A stretch of DNA of 52,093 nucleotides, taken from positions 1 to 52,093 of the forward strand of contig CAZRZA010000004.1 of NCBI GenBank assembly GCA_964604515.1. The letters run 5' to 3'. Shown piece by piece: positions 50,244-52,093 of this stretch (positions are counted from its first letter, which is position 1; every line of letters starts with the position of its first letter). This stretch comes from an uncultured Gammaproteobacteria bacterium. Lineage in GTDB: Bacteria; Patescibacteriota; Patescibacteriia; UBA1558; GWA2-36-10. The notes under the pieces are model-generated. The model searched no databases. It was not told where the DNA came from and saw only the letters and a program-made list of their open reading frames with translations. Made by a program: the position numbers and the translations under genes.

Positions 50244-51092
50244 ATGGCAGTTAAAGTATACAAACCAACTACACCCGCTCGTCGTAAGACTAGTGTTATT
50301 GTTAATAAAGAATTGACCAAAAAAAGACCCAAGAAGTCTTTAATTAAAATAAGAAAGCAAAGGGCTGGTCGTAATAATACAGGTAGAATTACAGTTAGAC
50401 ATAAAGGTGGTGGAGTTAAAAGATATGTCCGTTTAATTGACTTTAAAAGAATTAAATTTGATATTCCAGCTAAAGTAGAGAGTTTAGAGTATGACCCTAA
50501 TCGTAATACTAACATTGCTTTAATAGTATATGCTGATGGTGCCCGCGCTTATATTTTAGCACCTGATACATTAAAAGTAGGTTCTAAGGTAGTATCTTCT
50601 CAGAAGAAAATAGAAGCTAAAGTAGGCAATCGTTTAATACTAAAGAATATACCAACTGGATCTGTAGTATTTAATATAGAAATGATAGCTGGTAAAGGTG
50701 GCCAATTAGCTAGATCAGCTGGTAATGGAACCACTTTAATGGCTTTGTCAGATGGTATGGCTCAATTAAGATTACCAAGCGGTGAAATTAGAATAGTTTC
50801 CGAAAATTGTTCAGCTACCATTGGTCTACCTAGCAATGCTGAATATAGAAATATTCGTTGGGGTAAGGCTGGTCGTAAAAGACACCTAGGCATTAGACCA
50901 ACTGTCAGAGGTAAAGTAATGAATCCCGTCGATCATCCTCATGGCGGTGGTGAGGGTTCTAATCCCATTGGTTTAAAACATCCCAAAACATATAAAGGTA
51001 AACCAGCTTATGGTATTAAAACTAGAAAGAAGAATAAAGCATCTAATAAGTTTATCGTTAAACGTCGTAAGAGTAGACAAACAAGTAAATAA
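50244..51092 (+). CDS. rplB: 50S ribosomal protein uL2
   Basis: [31 protein letters not shown]. Confidence 0.99.
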   Translation: MAVKVYKPTTPARRKTSVIVNKELTKKRPKKSLIKIRKQRAGRNNTGRITVRHKGGGVKRYVRLIDFKRIKFDIPAKVESLEYDPNRNTNIALIVYADGARAYILAPDTLKVGSKVVSSQKKIEAKVGNRLILKNIPTGSVVFNIEMIAGKGGQLARSAGNGTTLMALSDGMAQLRLPSGEIRIVSENCSATIGLPSNAEYRNIRWGKAGRKRHLGIRPTVRGKVMNPVDHPHGGGEGSNPIGLKHPKTYKGKPAYGIKTRKKNKASNKFIVKRRKSRQTSK

Positions 51093-51102
51093 TAATTAAA
51101 AT

Positions 51103-51384
51103 ATGTCAAGAAGTTTAAAAAAAGGTCCATATACTGATCCTAAATTATTAAAAAAGATTAGTAAAATAAAACCAGAGGATGGTAAAACCATTAAGACCTG
51201 GTCTCGTCCCTCAGTTATTACTCCAGAAATGGTAGGCTATACTTTCGGTGTTCATAATGGTCGAGAACATATTAATGTTTATATCATTGAGAATATGGTA
51301 GGACATCGTTTGGGAGAGTTTTCCTCAACCCGTAAATTTATTAGTCATGGTGGTAAAATGGCCAAAAAACAAGCTAAAGGATAA
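51103..51384 (+). CDS. rpsS: 30S ribosomal protein uS19
   Basis: [21 protein letters not shown]. Confidence 0.98.
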   Translation: MSRSLKKGPYTDPKLLKKISKIKPEDGKTIKTWSRPSVITPEMVGYTFGVHNGREHINVYIIENMVGHRLGEFSSTRKFISHGGKMAKKQAKG

Positions 51385-51392
51385 TTAAATAT

Positions 51393-51851
51393 ATGATAGA
51401 AGTTAAAGCAAAATTAAGACATCTTAGAATAACACCTAAGAAAACAAGACTAGTAGCTAATGCTATTAGGGGCTTAGATGTTTTGGCAGCTTTAGATAGA
51501 CTAAATGTAGTTTTTAAGAAATCTTCACCAATTTTTACTAAATTATTACTTTCAGCTATTGCTAATGCTAAAGATAGATATAATGTTAAAGAAGAAGATT
51601 TAAAAATTAAGAGTGTTATAGTTAATAAAGGAGTGGCATTGTCTCGTTGGAAGCCAGCTGCTTTTGGTAGAGCTCATCCCTTTAAAAAACATGCTTCTCA
51701 TATTGAGGTTACCCTAACAACTAAAGAGGGCGTTAAAGTAGAAAAGAAAAAGAAAGAAAAGAAAGAAGTAGAAACAGTTGATTTAACAAAGAAAAAAGAA
51801 AAGAAAAAAGATAGTAAAAAAGTAGAAAAGAAGGTTAAAGAAAAGAAATAA
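51393..51851 (+). CDS. rplV: 50S ribosomal protein uL22 with Lys-rich tail
   Basis: RITPKKTRLVA, SAIANA, AFGRA. Confidence 0.97.
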   Translation: MIEVKAKLRHLRITPKKTRLVANAIRGLDVLAALDRLNVVFKKSSPIFTKLLLSAIANAKDRYNVKEEDLKIKSVIVNKGVALSRWKPAAFGRAHPFKKHASHIEVTLTTKEGVKVEKKKKEKKEVETVDLTKKKEKKKDSKKVEKKVKEKK

Positions 51852-51855
51852 ATAT

Positions 51856-52092
51856 ATGGGAAAAAAGATAAATCCAAGAATATTTCGTTTAGGTTTAAGT
51901 GAGCAATGGAGATCTCGCTGGTTTGCTCGTGATAATTATGCTCAATTTCTAAGAGAAGATATAGAAATTAGAAATTATATTAAAAAAGAATTAGCAATAG
52001 CCGGTATTGATTCTGTTTTAATAGAAAGAAATAGAGGAGAAATAATTATTAATATTAAAGCTGCTAAACCAGGATTAATAATTGGTCGTGGT
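51856..52092 (+). CDS. rpsC: 30S ribosomal protein uS3 (3' truncated by window)
   Basis: MGKKINPRIFRLG..W.SRWFA...KPGLIIGRG; not in ORF track. Confidence 0.96.
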   Translation, partial: MGKKINPRIFRLGLSEQWRSRWFARDNYAQFLREDIEIRNYIKKELAIAGIDSVLIERNRGEIIINIKAAKPGLIIGRG

Positions 52093-52093
52093 G

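Overview
This 52 kb window is very AT-rich (roughly 27% GC by eye) bacterial chromosome in the standard genetic code. Gene content and order point to a Patescibacteria (CPR, Parcubacteria/ABY1-like) organism; the taxonomy is an inference. Most of it is housekeeping: a UvrD-type helicase-nuclease, DciA-like gene, pheST, gyrB, secE-nusG-rplK-rplA, pepA, pth/der/LCP, lepB-hisS, rpsU-yqeY, ybeY-dgkA, ftsA-ftsZ-nrdR, prfB, a competence cluster (pilin-LamG, split comEC), ndk, rpmB, rpsL-rpsG-fusA, tuf and the S10 operon up to partial rpsC. No rRNA, tRNA, CRISPR array, transposase or integrase was seen. Main items of interest: (1) an 11.4 kb surface cassette with two VirB2/TrbC-like pilin fusions, one of 2666 aa carrying IPT/Ig domains, an internal type IV pilin/GspG-like head, Cys-rich repeats and a CBM67-like lectin tip, followed by two TSP3 Ca-binding membrane proteins; (2) core genes lack Shine-Dalgarno sites while rpsU has a strong one, as in Bacteroidia bS21 autoregulation; (3) a 39-nt L1-type leader duplicated before rplK and rplA; (4) an unannotated operon of two small membrane peptides; (5) two promoter-driven structured intergenic RNAs and a boxA-like motif on SD-led accessory units; (6) an MGLF-initiated extension on uL23.
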